From Antedon mediterranea (taxonomy: Eukaryota; Animalia; Echinodermata), in NCBI RefSeq assembly GCF_964355755.1, contig NC_092675.1:19936912-20000911 (forward strand): DNA of 64,000 nt. Reading direction: 5' to 3'. Below are positions 11,433 through 27,200 of this stretch, piece after piece (position 1 is the first letter of the stretch; each line of letters begins with the position of its first letter). The notes under the pieces were generated by a model. The model ran no database searches, was not told the DNA's origin, and saw nothing but the letters and a program-made list of their open reading frames with translations. Position numbers and translations under genes: made by a program.

Positions 11433-14266
11433 TGTAACTAAGCCGCCACAATTAATTTGCCATTGAGTGGTATACAAAATAGGTGGCTCTGTTGTATTTC
11501 AAAAGCAATAGTATAAAACAAAATATTTTCCAAACGCGAAAAGATTTTTTTTTCGTACCCAAAAAAAAGTACTATTTAACGATCGTTTAATAGTGCGTAC
11601 TATTGCATGCCATGTGACCCACATTTGTCCAATCAAATGACAGGAATTTATTTAGGTGTTATATAAAATCAATTATTACAGCGAATATTCATAATTGAAA
11701 CAGACTTATAATACCAAGTATGGAAATGGTTATCTTTTATTCTCTCATTCTGATGTATATATTCAAGATAAATTTCTGTACATACACATACTATTGAAAT
11801 GTAACCAAAACAAAGTACATTATGTTAATAATTTTACCCATTTTTCAACAAAATGTGTTTCATTTCATAATTCAACAATGATGTATTTGTGACGATTAAT
11901 GATTAAAAATAAATAAATCATCTAAATATGGACGACTCTAACAAAAGGGACGACCTCTATTAAAAGGACAACCTATATTAAAGGATCACCCTTTTTCTTG
12001 CACCAACAGAAAATAAAATATACATTTTGTTGACCCCATGTTTCTGCTGCCAATAACAACTTGGAAGAAAAATGACAATAAAATAAATATCTAAAGCTTT
12101 CTTTACTTTTCATTATTATATCAAATCTGTTTTAAGTGCAACCTTGATATTAATGCCATGCACATGCATTACAAATCATATCAATCATTCCTTGTAACAC
12201 AAACCAGCTAAATACATTTGTTTACAGCTGTAATAGCAATTGATCAAGACAATAGTTTCTCTGACAAACTTTTTTTCATCATTAAAAGGTAAATTTACAC
12301 AGGCAATAGACCCTCTCCTCCATTCGCAATCTATAAGCTTATATTCCTGCCTGATGTCTACTCAAATGGTTACATGTACATAGGCACAATAAATACATTT
12401 TTAAAGGTACCCTACTCCCATTGAATTTCTTTGTGAATTTCCCAGACATTATGTATTTGTACTGAGGAAAATTTCAGTCAATACCTGTATATCATTGCAT
12501 ATCACAATATATAAATTCTAGAATTAAAATGTATCAGATCCTTTTCTCTTTCTAATTTGATGGAAATAGTGAGTATATAACAACATTAAAGGCCATAAAT
12601 TTCATTTTTAGAATCTATGTATGTGGTATGTAAAATAAACATTGCCTAGAGCAGGTCAAACCTGCTGACGACTTTATTATTCTTTCTACTAAAAACCTAG
12701 TTTTTACACCTTAAAGCACTTAACAACCTAGACTATGACATATGCATGTATTGTCAACATGCATCATCCCAGAAATAGAAACCGCAAATGCAATCTACTG
12801 TGCAACGTGGCCTATGACGTATGTATGCTTTGTTTGACATGCATCCAGAAGTAGAAACAGCAAAGACATAGATTTTAAAACCTTACACTGGCTAAAAATA
12901 GGATAAGGGGAAGTTGAAATTGCAAAAGAAAAATATATAGTGAAATTTAACTATACTGAAATGTGAAGTTAGGCAGTGGCGTGTATGAGCGCTCACTGGC
13001 TAAACCCAGAGCTTATGGGCCCCAGATGAACAGCTAAGATGAACATCCCCAATGTAACTATCCCTAGTGCAGTATACTACTGGGTTAGGGCATAATGGTG
13101 CACACACCTACTGATATTCTTAGCCTGTTAAAACTAGTTGAAAGTCTGTTATTACAATTTTAACAAGTTTAATTATATTTAAAAGAAAAATCTTTTTTTA
13201 ATCACCATAACATACATCCATAATTTATAACCAACTTAAATCTACAAAAGGTCAAATTTAACCAATTTAAAATTGAAAAACCTTGCAGATAGTTATACAA
13301 TGGCTTCATTATTCTTTTCAACTTATAATCTTTTGAACTGTGTATTGTGCATTTAAATGCAAGCTCTTTATAAGGTGGCTCTCTATTTTGCTCCAGAATA
13401 GGCCCTTGAACAAAACCAGGATGTATACTGTACCACAATAAGCAGCACAGATATTTTGCCATGTTAATAATAATTTGATCATTTGCATGGTGTAATTCCA
13501 ATTTCTTTCTAAAATACTGTATGCAGGACAAAGGTATACTTTAATTAATCATTAAAAGTTTCAGATATATACTGAGTAATAAAAGACAGTATAATTGCTT
13601 ATTGATAATTCCACACTGTGAAGAAACAAGTGTGTTAGTACCTGTATGCATTTGGTGTTAAAGAAGAAAGTAGAAGCAATGTAGATAAGTGTGTATGGAC
13701 AATGTTACTTCCACACCAAAAGCAAGGGTAAATACATAAGCATAGAGAAAAGTGTTCATTGCTTCATACTATCTGGTGCCTAAAAGTCCCTGTTATAAAG
13801 ATTATAATTGAAAGACTTTTGAGACCCCATCATATTCTCCAAAACCATTATGACCATAGCAAACAATAAACATTTCTTTTTATTTCTGAATAATTAAATG
13901 TGTCCATAAAATCTTGTCAAGTAACATGGTTGAAATAAAAAGAACGAACTAAACAATGATTCACAATACAAACTAGCGTGCACACATAATTTTGATATCT
14001 TTACATAGTTTTTTTTGTTTACAAAATAGCATCGAATGCTATAATGCACATAGTCACAAGGTTTAGTTTGTATTCTATAAGTTGATGTGCAAGAAATGTT
14101 TCTTCGTTAGTTCATAGCAGATAACACCATTTTCCAGATATATTCTCCAATAAATCTCTTTTCTATTTTTATTGTCTTGCTATTAAATAAACTTCTTTAA
14201 TATCAAAGGTTTGAGTTGTTGTGCAATTGCTGTAAACAGTCTTCTAATATATTTAAATATTTGTTC

Positions 14267-17200
14267 TTAAGTATTCGCTGAATCATCATATGACATCAGT
14301 AATGCAGCATCTACTGGTTCCATACACGAAGGACATGTGAAAGAACGCATTAACCAATCGTCTATACACTTTACATGGTACGTATGCATACATGGCAAGA
14401 AGCGTACAGGATCACCAACCTGGAAATCTATCATACATATAACACACCTAAAAGAAAATGAAAACTTGTTAAAATATCTTTATTCTTATTATCAGTGGAG
14501 GAATACACAAAGTAACAGTGATTTGCTTATACCTAGATACCCTTACAATTAACTGTCATCTCCAGAGATATTTACAAAAAAAGTGTAATGGTATAGCCCA
14601 AGAACACTGCCCTCTCTACCCTAATAGTATACATTTTAAGAAACTAGAGATAATCATCCTCTTCCCGACACCCTAGAGCAATGTGTGTTTTATTGCTCTA
14701 TGATTACGCTATCTATTAAAATGTTTATACAGACAGTAGGCCCTAATAAATGTGAAAAAAAGGTTAAAGTTTAATAATTATGCTATTGTGTTAACGGAAA
14801 GAAAAACTCTAAACATAGCACATAGCATAGACTGAAACATTTCAATCGTTTGAACATTTTATTCATACTGTATAAGGAAATATCATGATAATAACAGTTG
14901 AAAGAATATTACTTTTATATGACATTGTTATAAAGGGAAAGTTTCTGTAAAAATCACATGTAATCAATATAATTGTATCAATATCCAAAGAAAATAATAC
15001 AAAGAAAAAAATTGTGTGAGGTAGTGTCTAAATCATGGCCTAAGAAATTAATAACAATTGTAAATTTTTCAATTCAACAATTTACTACTTAACTGTATGG
15101 TAAAATGCTCTAAAAAGAAACATGCACTGGAGGACAAAAAATGAAAGTAGGATCTTAAATGCTACAAGAACATTTTATCATAGATTAATAAAGCAGTTGG
15201 GACATGGGCCAAGGAAGACATTAATTAATATTGATGGTACTGTATGATTCAACATCCACAATGTGAACATGTTTCAGAAGTAATGCTTACAATTACACTT
15301 AACTGTATGTTCATTGCATTTTTCAGAAATTTGATTATATTGGGCAGGGCCGGGAAATTTCCTGCCAACCTTATTTTTAAATCGGACACTAATTAAGAAG
15401 CTCCCGAAATTAAATTAAGTGACTATTTGATTTTTTTAATGCAAGTTTATTATACAAGTTCGGGGCAACAAAAATGTATATTTTAGTCAGTTTAAAAATT
15501 AAATTCTGGACTGTTCCATGATTAACAACAATCTATTGTGTAAGCATTGTGGCGTTAATACTAAAAATCATTCCAGATGACTTTGTTAGGTCATGGTTGG
15601 TTATATAATAATAATTAGCTTGTATTTCCACTTTTCATTAAGTTTAATAAAACAATTATCTTGGTGAATAATTTGATAAAGCATCTTATTATATTGGTGT
15701 ACATATGTAAATTTTGTATGACACAACATAGTAATGAGATTGACAATTCAATTTAATTTATAGAAGCAGTAAAACTTCTAAAGGGGCCAATCAAGGAGAG
15801 GGCTTCTTGCTGCATTGCCACTGCCAGTGAATGTAAAATAAAATTTGGCCAACTTTGTTTAGAATACTGAAAAATATCTTCTTTTATCTTTTAGATTAGA
15901 TTTCATACAGTACATACTACACTTATCATTTGACACCCTTTGCACCTGTTACAGAAGCCATGTATTTTGACACACCATCAATTTACTTGTTCTTTTTAAC
16001 GAATCTAAAGATCTTTAAAAGACATAGGCAGTAATACTGTATGTATGCCATAAACTTGAATCACAAACATTATAACATAAATTAAATTTTATAGCAAGAC
16101 TACTAAAAATGTGATTGGTTGTCCCATTCATGGCAGAAACTGACATTTGTAGTGTTATGTCAAATTAAGAAAAATCATATTTCTCCATGGTCAAATCAAG
16201 GAACAGTGAATAGAATATTATAACAAAGGCTCTGATTTTAAACATGTACTGTACTCAGCCATATCAACCATTTTATAGAAACTTTCAGAAACAATCAAGT
16301 GTCATTGTGACTTACTCTCTAACTTTTTTATTTGTATCATATTTGCCTGTGGGAAGGTGTTGAATTAGGCCCATTCGTTTGGCAATTTTAACCTGTTCTT
16401 CTTCTGTTAGTTGGCTCACTGTTCTTCGCTGCCCAGGAGTCGGGTGGTAAACTGGAGCCTGTTCCTATAAAAATATAAATACAAACAAGTCTGAATCATT
16501 GAATGGTTAAGGTGAAAATCTATACATAGTTACTTGGTAGATAGGCCCTGTAGTTTTAAGGATTCCACAGTTTTTGCAGAAGATATCTTCTGATAATTAA
16601 ATGTCCCAATCGGAAATAATTCTATTAGCAACACATTTTTCCGCGACTTCTGTTTTTGCCTGTCTTTTGTCAATTTTTAATGGGTAGCCTTCTGTACGTA
16701 GAAGAGAGAAAATAGTATAATGAAAATATATTTATAATCGATCAAGGGTTTGAGAATGGAAGGGTTTACACAATCTGTACCCAATACCGAAAATATATTT
16801 TAATATGCTGTACTAACACTACAAACTACATTATGGATTTGATTAGCGGCATCCTCAAATGTGGCTAATTGCTTATGTCCTGAAAACTGTTTCAAATTAT
16901 GTAATAGTAATTAACAATATTTGCTGGTCAGTGTGATAGTAATGTCTAGCTTCTTATCTCACTTATCAAGGAACAAAGAAAGTACATTTTGTCCCAGAGG
17001 AGGAAGAAACTAGTGTTTTTAAAACAAAGGAATATGGAAAATGCTTTGATTTGAAGACATTCATACGAAAAACAAAGAGATTTCTGGTAGAATTGTAGTG
17101 TTATTATACCTGGCAATTCTATTAATTTTGTTATTTTTCTATGACCTGCTAACTTCTTTGAAAAATAAATCAAGGGTTTATTATTAATTGATGATAATGG

Positions 17201-19544
17201 TTTAAAAAACAAAGAATACTGTTCTTTGTTAGAAAACTGAACACAGACTGTGGCCATATTTTTCTAGTCATGTTTTTCTACTCAATGTCACCCTGGGGCT
17301 GGCCTAAGACTGGTTTTCCAGTTTATTTATTATTAAATTTTAACCTATTTTTTGGATAAAAATTTTGATTTTTAATCACATAATATCTTCATATAATCAT
17401 AATGATATAACTACAAAAAAAAGTGGTTGGGCCATCATCAATTAACCAAGAATCGATAATAATGATTACAATGATTCAATGAATCATTATAATGATTCAA
17501 TGAATCATTAATATATTATTATCTTTATGACACAGTGTGGAATAAAATGTCACACCACACGCAAAACATATTGAAAGGTTAAACCTTGAAACAATCAATA
17601 ACTATTTTGTTTATGGTGTTTAATCAAGCACATTGGAATTTATTGAATATCATTTTAAATATAATTAATAACAATGATTATATCTGGACCTTGACAAAAA
17701 ATAAGATGAAAAGAGAGGCAACTAACAATATTCCGTGTTATATAGCAGTATAATATATTTCAAATAACATAACAATAGAGGGAACCCATGATGCGACGTT
17801 TCAATATTTATCTGATCATGATCAGTCAATATGTTTAACAACTCAATAATAGAAGTTGTTGTAGACCTTCAAATACAAAATATAAATATTAACCAGTACA
17901 CTACCAGTAAAATAGTTATCTTATTAAATTTTACAAGTACTTGGAGTACCTGTCCATACTTGATTTTAAGTACACTACGTCAGATCAGCTCAATATAGTT
18001 CAGCAGTGTTATACAGACAGAGACAACAGAGAGCTCATCAGAAATTATTTTGTTATGGAGTGAAATTAGCTAGTCAACAAGGTCAACAAAAATGCAGTAG
18101 ATTTGTTGTTAGTCCTGCTTTCATTCAATCTGTATGTCTTTAATACTCTACATTTGTACAATGTTTTTAATAGCCCAGGTGTTTCCAATAATGTAAACAT
18201 GAGTACAATTGTATTTGTTCAAAAACATCGGGTACAGTAGCACAATCAACAGACAATGTATTAATTCATTGAAACTAAATTAATTATTTTGAAAATGAAA
18301 CAAGTTTTTGTAAATGTTTTATTTGCGTCCTTGATTCTCCTACTTCCTTGTTGAAACCATCCCTTTGTTTACATTTTTAAACCAGTTTTAATATTTTATC
18401 ATATGCAAACAAAGAAATATATAAATTACTGTAATGTTTAGGTATAAATTTGGTATGATTTTATAAAATAATCTCTGAACAGAAGAGGCAAGCTATTATG
18501 ATGCAATATTTCATCTTTAGGAAATTAATCTTCATTCATAAAGATGAACAAATAAAGTTTGCAATATTGGATCGTAAATATAGCTTGCCTCACTTTTTGT
18601 GAATCAAATTTAATTATAATAATTAGCGAATTAGCATTCAGTATTCTATTGAAAATACATAAATAATATTGAAACAACATTCGGGTGCATATTTGCAATA
18701 GGCCTATATCAATATAATAAAACATTTTAATAAATTTTGTAAACAATTTAAAAAAGCATATAGGCCTAGGGGCCTAGGCTAGGCCTAATTATAAAAAGAG
18801 TGGGTTTTTTTTTACTGTAAGTATAATGGATTTGGACTAAAAGATAGATTTACGGTATTAGGATTAACTAGTAGGCTAGGTCCAAGTTTGATTAAAAATT
18901 AGAGGCCTAATTAGGTAGGTCTAATATTAATAATACTGGCTGGAAAAAAAATCTAAAAACAAATATATAGGCCTAGGCCTAGGCCTAGCCTAATTATAAA
19001 AAGAGTGGGTTTTTTTTACTGTAAGTATAATGGATTTGGACTAAAAGATAGATTTACGGTATTAGGATTAACTAGTAGGCTAGGTCCAAGTTTGATTAAA
19101 AATTAGAGGCCTAATTAGGTAGGTCTAATATTAATAATACTGGCTGGAAAAAAAAAATCTAAAAACAAATATATAGGCCTAGGCCTAGCCTACAGTAGGC
19201 CTAAAACAATTTAAATAAATATTAATAATAAATAATAAAGTCTGTGAATGTAAATTAAAAAATACATTTGTGAGCCTACTACATCACTATGTCATGTCCT
19301 AGTAGTACATAAATAAAGGCGTTAAGTGAGTAACACCAACAAACATTAGGCCAGAACACATAGATGTTGTAGGCCAATAAACAAAGAAAGTCAGCTGATG
19401 ATGTGAGAGTTTTTGCTCTGTGAATATAATCTGGTAACTCACCTGGTAAGGCGGAGGGGGGCCTAACCGATCATGTTCTACATTAGAATCATTGTGTAAA
19501 AGCGACAAATCATCAGCAGATTGTCCTGTTAGGCAATTCCCCAT
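14267..19544 (-). CDS. RNF11: RING-H2 finger protein 11, ~143 aa
   Basis: Exons 19544-19443 (MGNCL…PPPPYQ; myristoylation site and PPxY), 16464-16316 (PVYHPTPGQRRTVSQLTEEEQVKIAKRMGLIQHLP) and 14447-14267 (ECVICMIDFQVGDPVRFLPCMHTYHVKCIDDWLMRSFTCPSCMEPVDAALL…). Confidence 0.97.
18758..19203. repeat. ~215-bp direct tandem duplication with TAGGCCTA clusters, RNF11 intron 1
   Basis: Two near-identical blocks beginning TATAGGCCTAGG…CCTAATTATAAAAAGAGTGGG. Confidence 0.9.
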
Positions 19545-19559
19545 CTTCTACAGATGCTC

Positions 19560-20050
19560 AAGTTTACTGTAACAAACAAAGGACCATTCTGATACCAATT
19601 TAACGGTGTAACATTTTTAGTTTGCCATGAGTCAGCTGCGATCTTTTTTTACGATTCACGAAAAATCTCTCTCAACAACATTGAGCCTAACAACGCCTAT
19701 TAACCTATGGACTTTTTTAGGCGGTGATACACACTACTTGCAGTTCAAACTTCGTTTTAAGTCGGAGGACGTGTTTAAACTTAAAATAATAAATCCTATA
19801 GGCCTATATAAAAATGAGCAAACACTTGCAAAAAGAAAATAAAGGCAAAATACTAATAATAAGGTCAGACGAGTCGGAGAGTTTTGAGATGATTGAAGAA
19901 TATTATTCCGCCAACAATGACGTAGTTAGGCAGTACAGTATGAGAGAGAAAAAACGTAAACAAATAAAAGCGAGCTGTGTTTATTGATGCGTGACGTAAG
20001 TTGTAACAGAAGAAGTACATACCCGCTCGAGATTGGTTGTTCCAAACCAT
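19560..20050 (-). promoter_or_regulatory. Probable RNF11 promoter / 5' UTR
   Basis: Local CpG retention directly upstream of the ATG; TGACGT half-CRE motifs (~19917, ~19993) and ATTGG. Confidence 0.4.
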
Positions 20051-21215
20051 GGACTAATAATAATTTTTTAAAATGTTTTGGTAATTTTTGTAAAACTCAG
20101 CTTTTACTTCTTTTTTTTTTGTAGAAAGCACAAGGATGATTTAGTCAACTGTCATGTGTAAATTATTATAGTACTTTTGAAGCAAACAGTAAGGAAATAA
20201 CAGCGAATTTCATAGATCCAAACACAATATTCTCATGAAAAAAAATGTCCCCAAAATGTTCAAAATAGCTGTTCTGAATGCCTGATTTATTACAAACAGT
20301 ACATATATTTATTATGGCTATTTAACTAGTAATCCAGAGTGTACATTGTATTAGTTTATGCCAAAGTAATCTCTCGTACAGAAATTAAAAATACTTTGCA
20401 AAATACAAAAAAAATTGTGTTTTACATAAATGGATTTGTATAAATTTATAGAAAAGATGGCAGTTAATCGCAAGAGCATGGTGAAAATCTAGCACTGGGT
20501 TTTCTAAGTCCTGTTTGTGTAGAACATATTGCAATGCATATGCCTACAGGCCATGGTGATCCTCCCTCCTATCAAACACCCCTCTTTACAGCTGCAACCC
20601 TTTAGGCTAAATGGTGGTTTGAAGTTTTTTCCTCCTAATTAGAAATTACTTACTGGCCTTATACCAGAAGTTGATTATCAACTATACAAGTGAACTAATT
20701 CACTATCAACTTTAGGCCTTTATTATCCTTTTGTGCTTCTGGTTAACGCAGGCTATTTTTTAATTAGACACATCCAGCAAATATTAATTATGATCAGTTG
20801 ACTATTTTTACTTGACATTGTACACCATTCATTAATCCTTTTATTCACATCAGATAATTAAAGTTAGGACTCTTAAAGAGTTATAACAACTGTTCACTGT
20901 TTCATTATCTTATCTTCTTATCTGAAAGGGTATCTTATATATAAATCATACTGTCAAATTATAGAAACAGTTCTCATATTCGGAACATGATCTTATAATC
21001 GCGTCGAGCATAGCTCATCGGCAAATGTTCCCTATTTTTAGTTGTATGAAAAATGTCTCTGCCGGGATTCGTACTTGCGACCTCTCGCTTACAGGGTGAG
21101 TATCATACCACAGAGCCATATGTGGTATTATCACAGATTTTCACCCACCAGATACATTCGCTCATACAACAAACGCCCTCACAATCAGTGGAGGCTATCT
21201 TATTAGTATTTATAT

Positions 21216-24200
21216 TTACAGTAATTTATCAAGTTTAGCCTGTAATTGTTTGAATCTAGCCAGCATCGCTTGTACCACTTGCCTGTGTACAGCTGTGGCT
21301 TCCAACTCCACTTTGTAACTTGCAATACAGTCCAAGCAAGTAGTAATGAAAGAGCGTCTGCAAAACAAACAAATAGGTAATAAAATAGAGAATATGACGT
21401 CATTATACCAATCACTACCATTCTATTGCCAACAGCTACCAAACTTGATTTTGACCAATCACAAGCAATGAATTATTAAAGAGTCGCTTATCATTGGTCA
21501 ACTCGCTTGCGTTACATCTACATTGGGAAGCACGCCTTAAGCCATACTTTTTAAAATATACACTAATAAAAATATTTAAAAACATTTTTTTTATTAACAT
21601 TTGATTTAAATTAAAAGTATATATATTGTATAAACAAAATAATTGATACATTAATTTAATATGACTAAATGTAACAAAAATGAATGATTGATAAGGTAAA
21701 GTAATTTTTAATTCACTAATACAGAATATTACAATTTAATTACTGTAATATTCAATAATGAACTTAACAAATACTAATAACTGTCACCATCATCATCTAA
21801 ATAAAAAACTAAACACAACTGTACCTTTCAATAGAGGGCACCAATGAGGGGGTATCAGCAAAATGGTTTAGCAGTGAACATATAACATTAACCATATGTA
21901 GGGGACTTAGAGATGTTTGCCAGAAAGGATCCTGTGAACAAAAAATAACGAAAGTGCTTCAGAGAAACAACATTAGAAAACATCTATGAGTATAAGACGT
22001 CTGGTTGGTTTTAAACACAATCTTGAGTGACAGCACTTAAGTTTCTGCAATCATTTTATTCACTTACTTTGTGTGTATGTTGTAATTTTTACTTGTAATT
22101 TTATTTTATTTTATTTAAGAATTATGATTTAGATTGACGTTAAACTATGTTTAAACTAATTCTTTTCAACTCAGTTGAAGGTGGCTATTCCCTCATAGTT
22201 TATGTATTTTACGAGAGTGTGGAAAATAAAATGATTACTGATTACACGTTGAGCGTCAGAGCAGGTTCTTTCTAAATTGCACAAGAGTACATACTGTACA
22301 TACAAATTGTTAAGCTATGTCTACACTATCAAATTAGTTTGACAAAAAAAGTATGATGCACTCAAATATGGTAGTGATATGCCTAAATATGGTAGTGATA
22401 TGACATCATCATGTCTATATATAAGCACATCACATTTTTTTTGTGTTAGTGTAGACAGACTTATCCTAAACTATGTAAAACAAGGCCAACAGCCATTAAG
22501 TCGCGTGCTACAATGCATAGTGATACCGGACCGACAGACAGACCGACGGACAGACCGACAGACAGACAGACCGACCGACCGACATAGTGAACTATACTGA
22601 CCGAAATTACTGAACATGTTTAAAAATGTTGAAATGTTTAAAAACATTTATATTTTTTTAATTTACACGTGCGTAGCCTGTCACTTTTGACGTGCTCGTA
22701 TAACGTAATTTCGAGTTGAAAAGTAAGTCAAGAAAACAGAAATCGGGCAAAAAGAGTGCGCAATAACATTTAACGCGCAGTGCGCGCGCAAAAATATGCG
22801 CACTCATGGCAATTTTGTAAACGCTTAAAATTGCCTGAAACGTACTCTTATTTCATCGAAAATAAATTTTGAAATTTTTAAGCGCGCATACGCATGCGTT
22901 ACATGCGCTACGCACGTAATTGTATTGCCATATGATGATTTATGCCCTGAAATTTATGAGTACCAAATTTTATTTAATTGTGATTCATGGTTGTGAAGAT
23001 ATGATTACAAACGTGATTTCGTTAAATCGTGCGTAGACCGCGTAATTTTTTATTGCGCACCGTGAAAACATAACCACATTGATTCCTGGCCATAAGGAAT
23101 ATACTGTGAAAAATTGACCTAGCTAGATTAAACTGATATCAAGATAAGGTCAGAAAGCGATAAAACGCATAGTGATACCGGACCGACAGACAGACCGACA
23201 GACAGACAGACAGACAGACCGACCAACCGACCGACATAGTGAACTATAGAGTCGCTTCCACGCGACTAAAAACAGTGATTTTCATTGCTCCTTCCGAACC
23301 AACAAAATAAGACCAAAACAATGGTTATGTACTGTACAATTGCAACATATACCTTAGCTTTATAATGTCTGTCATATATCTGATGAAGTTTTTGTAGCGG
23401 TACATTTACAGCAAGAAATGCTTTAAAGACCCACGAGATAGTTAGCTGCAACTCAATGCTCTTCTTTTCCAAAAACAGGATAAGGAAAGCTAAAAGAAAA
23501 ACAATCATTTTACATAATGCATGATTTAATATTACCATAGAGGTACTAAAGGCTACAGTAGAGAGTAGGTTTATGAGATATCCCCATTAAAACAATGACA
23601 ATTGTTGGCTTTGTAAAAATAGTATGAGTGTGTCAGTGTCTACATGTTTCTTTCCAAGATTATATATTGTTTGAAGGTTTGCATAGGAAAATCAAATGTT
23701 GATGTAAAGTTTGCGATACACCACGTATATTAGTTCTGAAAAAAACTGTTGAGTTTCTCGACGTTTCGATCAATATGCTTTGATCGTCCTCAGGTGTGAG
23801 AGTGCAGACAGTACAGGAAACTAGGAATACAAGCTCAATAGGGTGGGACTGGTGTGAAAGAATGGTGTAACGAAAACTTTAAAAAATACATTCTTAAAAG
23901 CAGTTGTTTTTTGGGTACAACTAAGGATGGTAATAAGAGCATACTGTACATGGACAATATCAATGTCTTAAATATCAATGTCTTAAATTCCACCGGACAA
24001 CTCTATGTCCTAATGATGCATGACCACTAATCATGTTCTCACTCTCAATTTTTGTAAATTGTATTATGGTACTTACATACAGGAAAATATCGTTCTGATG
24101 TTTGATATTGTTTTCCAAGAGAAACAATTTTATTTGTTAATATGATGACTTGGCTTGTTACTGGTTTATTACTTGCTTCCTGGAATTCTGAAACAAAAAC

Positions 24201-27200
24201 AAGTCGATAAAAAAAACATTTCCTTATTATATCTTTAATACTCTTATTTTAGGATTCAATATTTCATTCCTTATATCATGAACATGCATTTAATTTACAT
24301 AAATTGTGTAATTATACAACATCTATAATAAACAACAACAAACCTTTTTCAAGAATTTCTTGCCATAGTGATTCTACCAATAAGGGTTCATAGTGACCAG
24401 CACAGTGGACAATACTTAATTTACATTCGGACAACTGGAATACCTCAGCATAATCACCGTACAGCTAATGAAAAAAGGAATAGCAGATGTAATTATTTTA
24501 TGCAATATTCCAAAATGTGGTAAGCAATGAGGTACAATTTTTGAAAGTTAACTACACTTAAGCTCTGTCTACACTATTCAACAACATTTATTTAGAAACA
24601 GTTCAAGAAATAAAAGCAGCATACATTAATTACAATAACTTAAATGGTAATATTAAATAAGAACTGTTTCTGGGATCAGAAAAAGAAGAAGAAGAAGAAC
24701 TTATCAAATACCAACTCCTAAACAAAAACAACAACAAAATGTGACAAAAAATGTGATGTGCCCTTTTATGGACATGATGTTCTATAGTTCTATAGTGATG
24801 CGCCTGACAAGTCTATTTGGCTTATACTGATAATCTAATCATAAATATAAACTAAAACATGATGCATGCAAGATACTACTGTTAGTGTTTTACAATTGGA
24901 ATTTATCCTTTTCCCCTAAAAAAGTGCAGAATAGTACAACATCAGCACTGTAACTTGAGACAGCTAAATGGAAAATCTAACCTTTGTAATGTCCATGAGT
25001 TGTGCACTAAGTTGACTTAAAGCTTCCTGTACTCTAGGATCTTGACCTGGAAATTGGCTAATGGCTTCAAACACTTGCAGCTGCAACCTTGCAACCTATC
25101 AATACAAATAGGAAAATGTTTCTGAATTTCTAAGTTTCAATTGCATCATATTAAACAACGGTTCTAAATACAGTATACAAATTAGAACATTTATTTTATT
25201 TATTGACAAGAAACCAAGTAGCGAAACACAAAACAAATTTACAAATCACATTTAGAAGGAAAAAAAAAAGGACATGCATGACACTGTGTAGCAATCCAAA
25301 TCAAATCAAATCAAATCTTTATTCGTTCCATATATACTAAATTGTACATGGAAAAATTGTTTTCCTCGACAGAAAAATATGGTAAAACATTTATAATTAC
25401 ATCATACATAGAACAAATTTACAATTTAAAAACATTAATTAAAACATCCATCAACAGTAAAACTTTAAAATATATATTGCATGTGCGCTATTATGATCTA
25501 ACAATCTTTGAGTTAAAAATATGAGTTGAATTTGGTACAAAAGACAGTCGGTTTCTCCATAGGATATAGTACGAGAAATTGACAACATAGGATATAGTAC
25601 GAGAAATTAACAACATTTCAGCTACCTTCATGGTAATGTTGTGGTGTTCTGAAATGTATTTATATAATTATTTTTGAAATAATGGTTTGGTCTTATATGT
25701 TATTGGCAGTTTAACCTAATGATGACAATAGGAAAGTTTCGCAACCGTACGAATACGATAACGCAAATGGATATGTCACACATTTGTGAAACTTTTGAGC
25801 TGATCCCCATTTCAGATTTGTAAAGCGTATTCGTGTTGACGAATATCACCAGTCATATTCGTAACTACAAAACGAGTATAGTTCTATTTTGCACATTTTG
25901 CATTTGAATCAGGAATGATTCATGATTATAATATAATTATACTTTTATTGAAAATAATTTACTAAAGTAATTTACTATAGTAATTTACTAAAATTCCAGG
26001 TCAATTTTGATAAATAGCAGTTTTTAAAGTCCTCACTCGATGTGACGCTAGGCCTAGGCAGCCAAGCACCAAGCAACACGTAGCTGCGCTTCGCTCAAAT
26101 TTACCGCAGTAATATTTTGGAAGGCGCCCTCAATATTTCGTTGCCATGCGAAACAGATTTTTACTGGCTTACGAAAAACGAATACGTGTGTGTGACGTTT
26201 TCGTTATCGTATTCGTAAGATTGCGAAACCTCCCTATTATTAATAAATAATACTTACTTCCATTTTCTCTTCTAATTCATGCAAGAATTCCCCATCAGTT
26301 GCTGTTGATGTTATTAGGTTACTGCTTTTGGCACACATGATTGCCCTTGATGTGTACTCAATACGCTGTTGTAGAGTCAAGTCAGTGCTGAATGAAGAAA
26401 TATATATGTAATTATCAAATATAATATTAAAACTGGAAAACATACATTTCTGAAACAGTCGTGAGTATTTGGGTAGAAATGCATTTTGTCAACACCACAA
26501 GTTATTTTAAGCATGCTTGCAAACCATATTAAATTAGAATTTTCAAAATATGGTATTATCAAAAAGCCAAAGTGTATCCAAAAACATTTACAAATCAAAT
26601 AAGAAAACGAAACTCTTTTGTTAACAGAATAATATGCTTACATAAAGAAAATAACAAAACAATATACCTATGTCTATCAGCCAACTTAGCCAGGATTCGG
26701 GCTGCTGCAGCATAGTTGTTGGTTTTTTCATGATATTTCCACAACAAATCTAACATCTCTAGGTTGTCAGGATTATGGTTGGCCGCTCTCTTTATGTATG
26801 GTTCAACAAATGATGAATTTATCTATCAAATGAACAAAATTTGCATACGTCAATCACTGGATTCAGAACTACTCCACATACTGTCTTAAGCTCTGTCTAC
26901 ACTATCAAATTAGTTTGACAAAAAAGTGTGATGTGCCCAAATATGGTGGTGATATAACATCATCATGTCCATATATGGGCACATTTTTTTGTCACATCAA
27001 GTTTGATAGCGTAGACAGAGCTATTACATGTCTGTTTTTCATACGGATTGGAACAGTTATTAAATTGGCATGGCTGTAATGTATTACAACATTATATAAA
27101 TGACATTGTGGTTATTACCTGTAGAAGACGGTCAGTGAGCCCTCTGGCAACAAACCAGTCATAAAGAGCAACGTGGAAGAGTTCATCATCAGATTTTAAA

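Noticed and set aside
9805-11655. ~85-bp direct repeats (9805-9890, 11571-11655) as LTRs around the minisatellite
   Set aside because: No TG..CA ends, TSD, PBS or coding interior; more likely two copies of a dispersed repeat.
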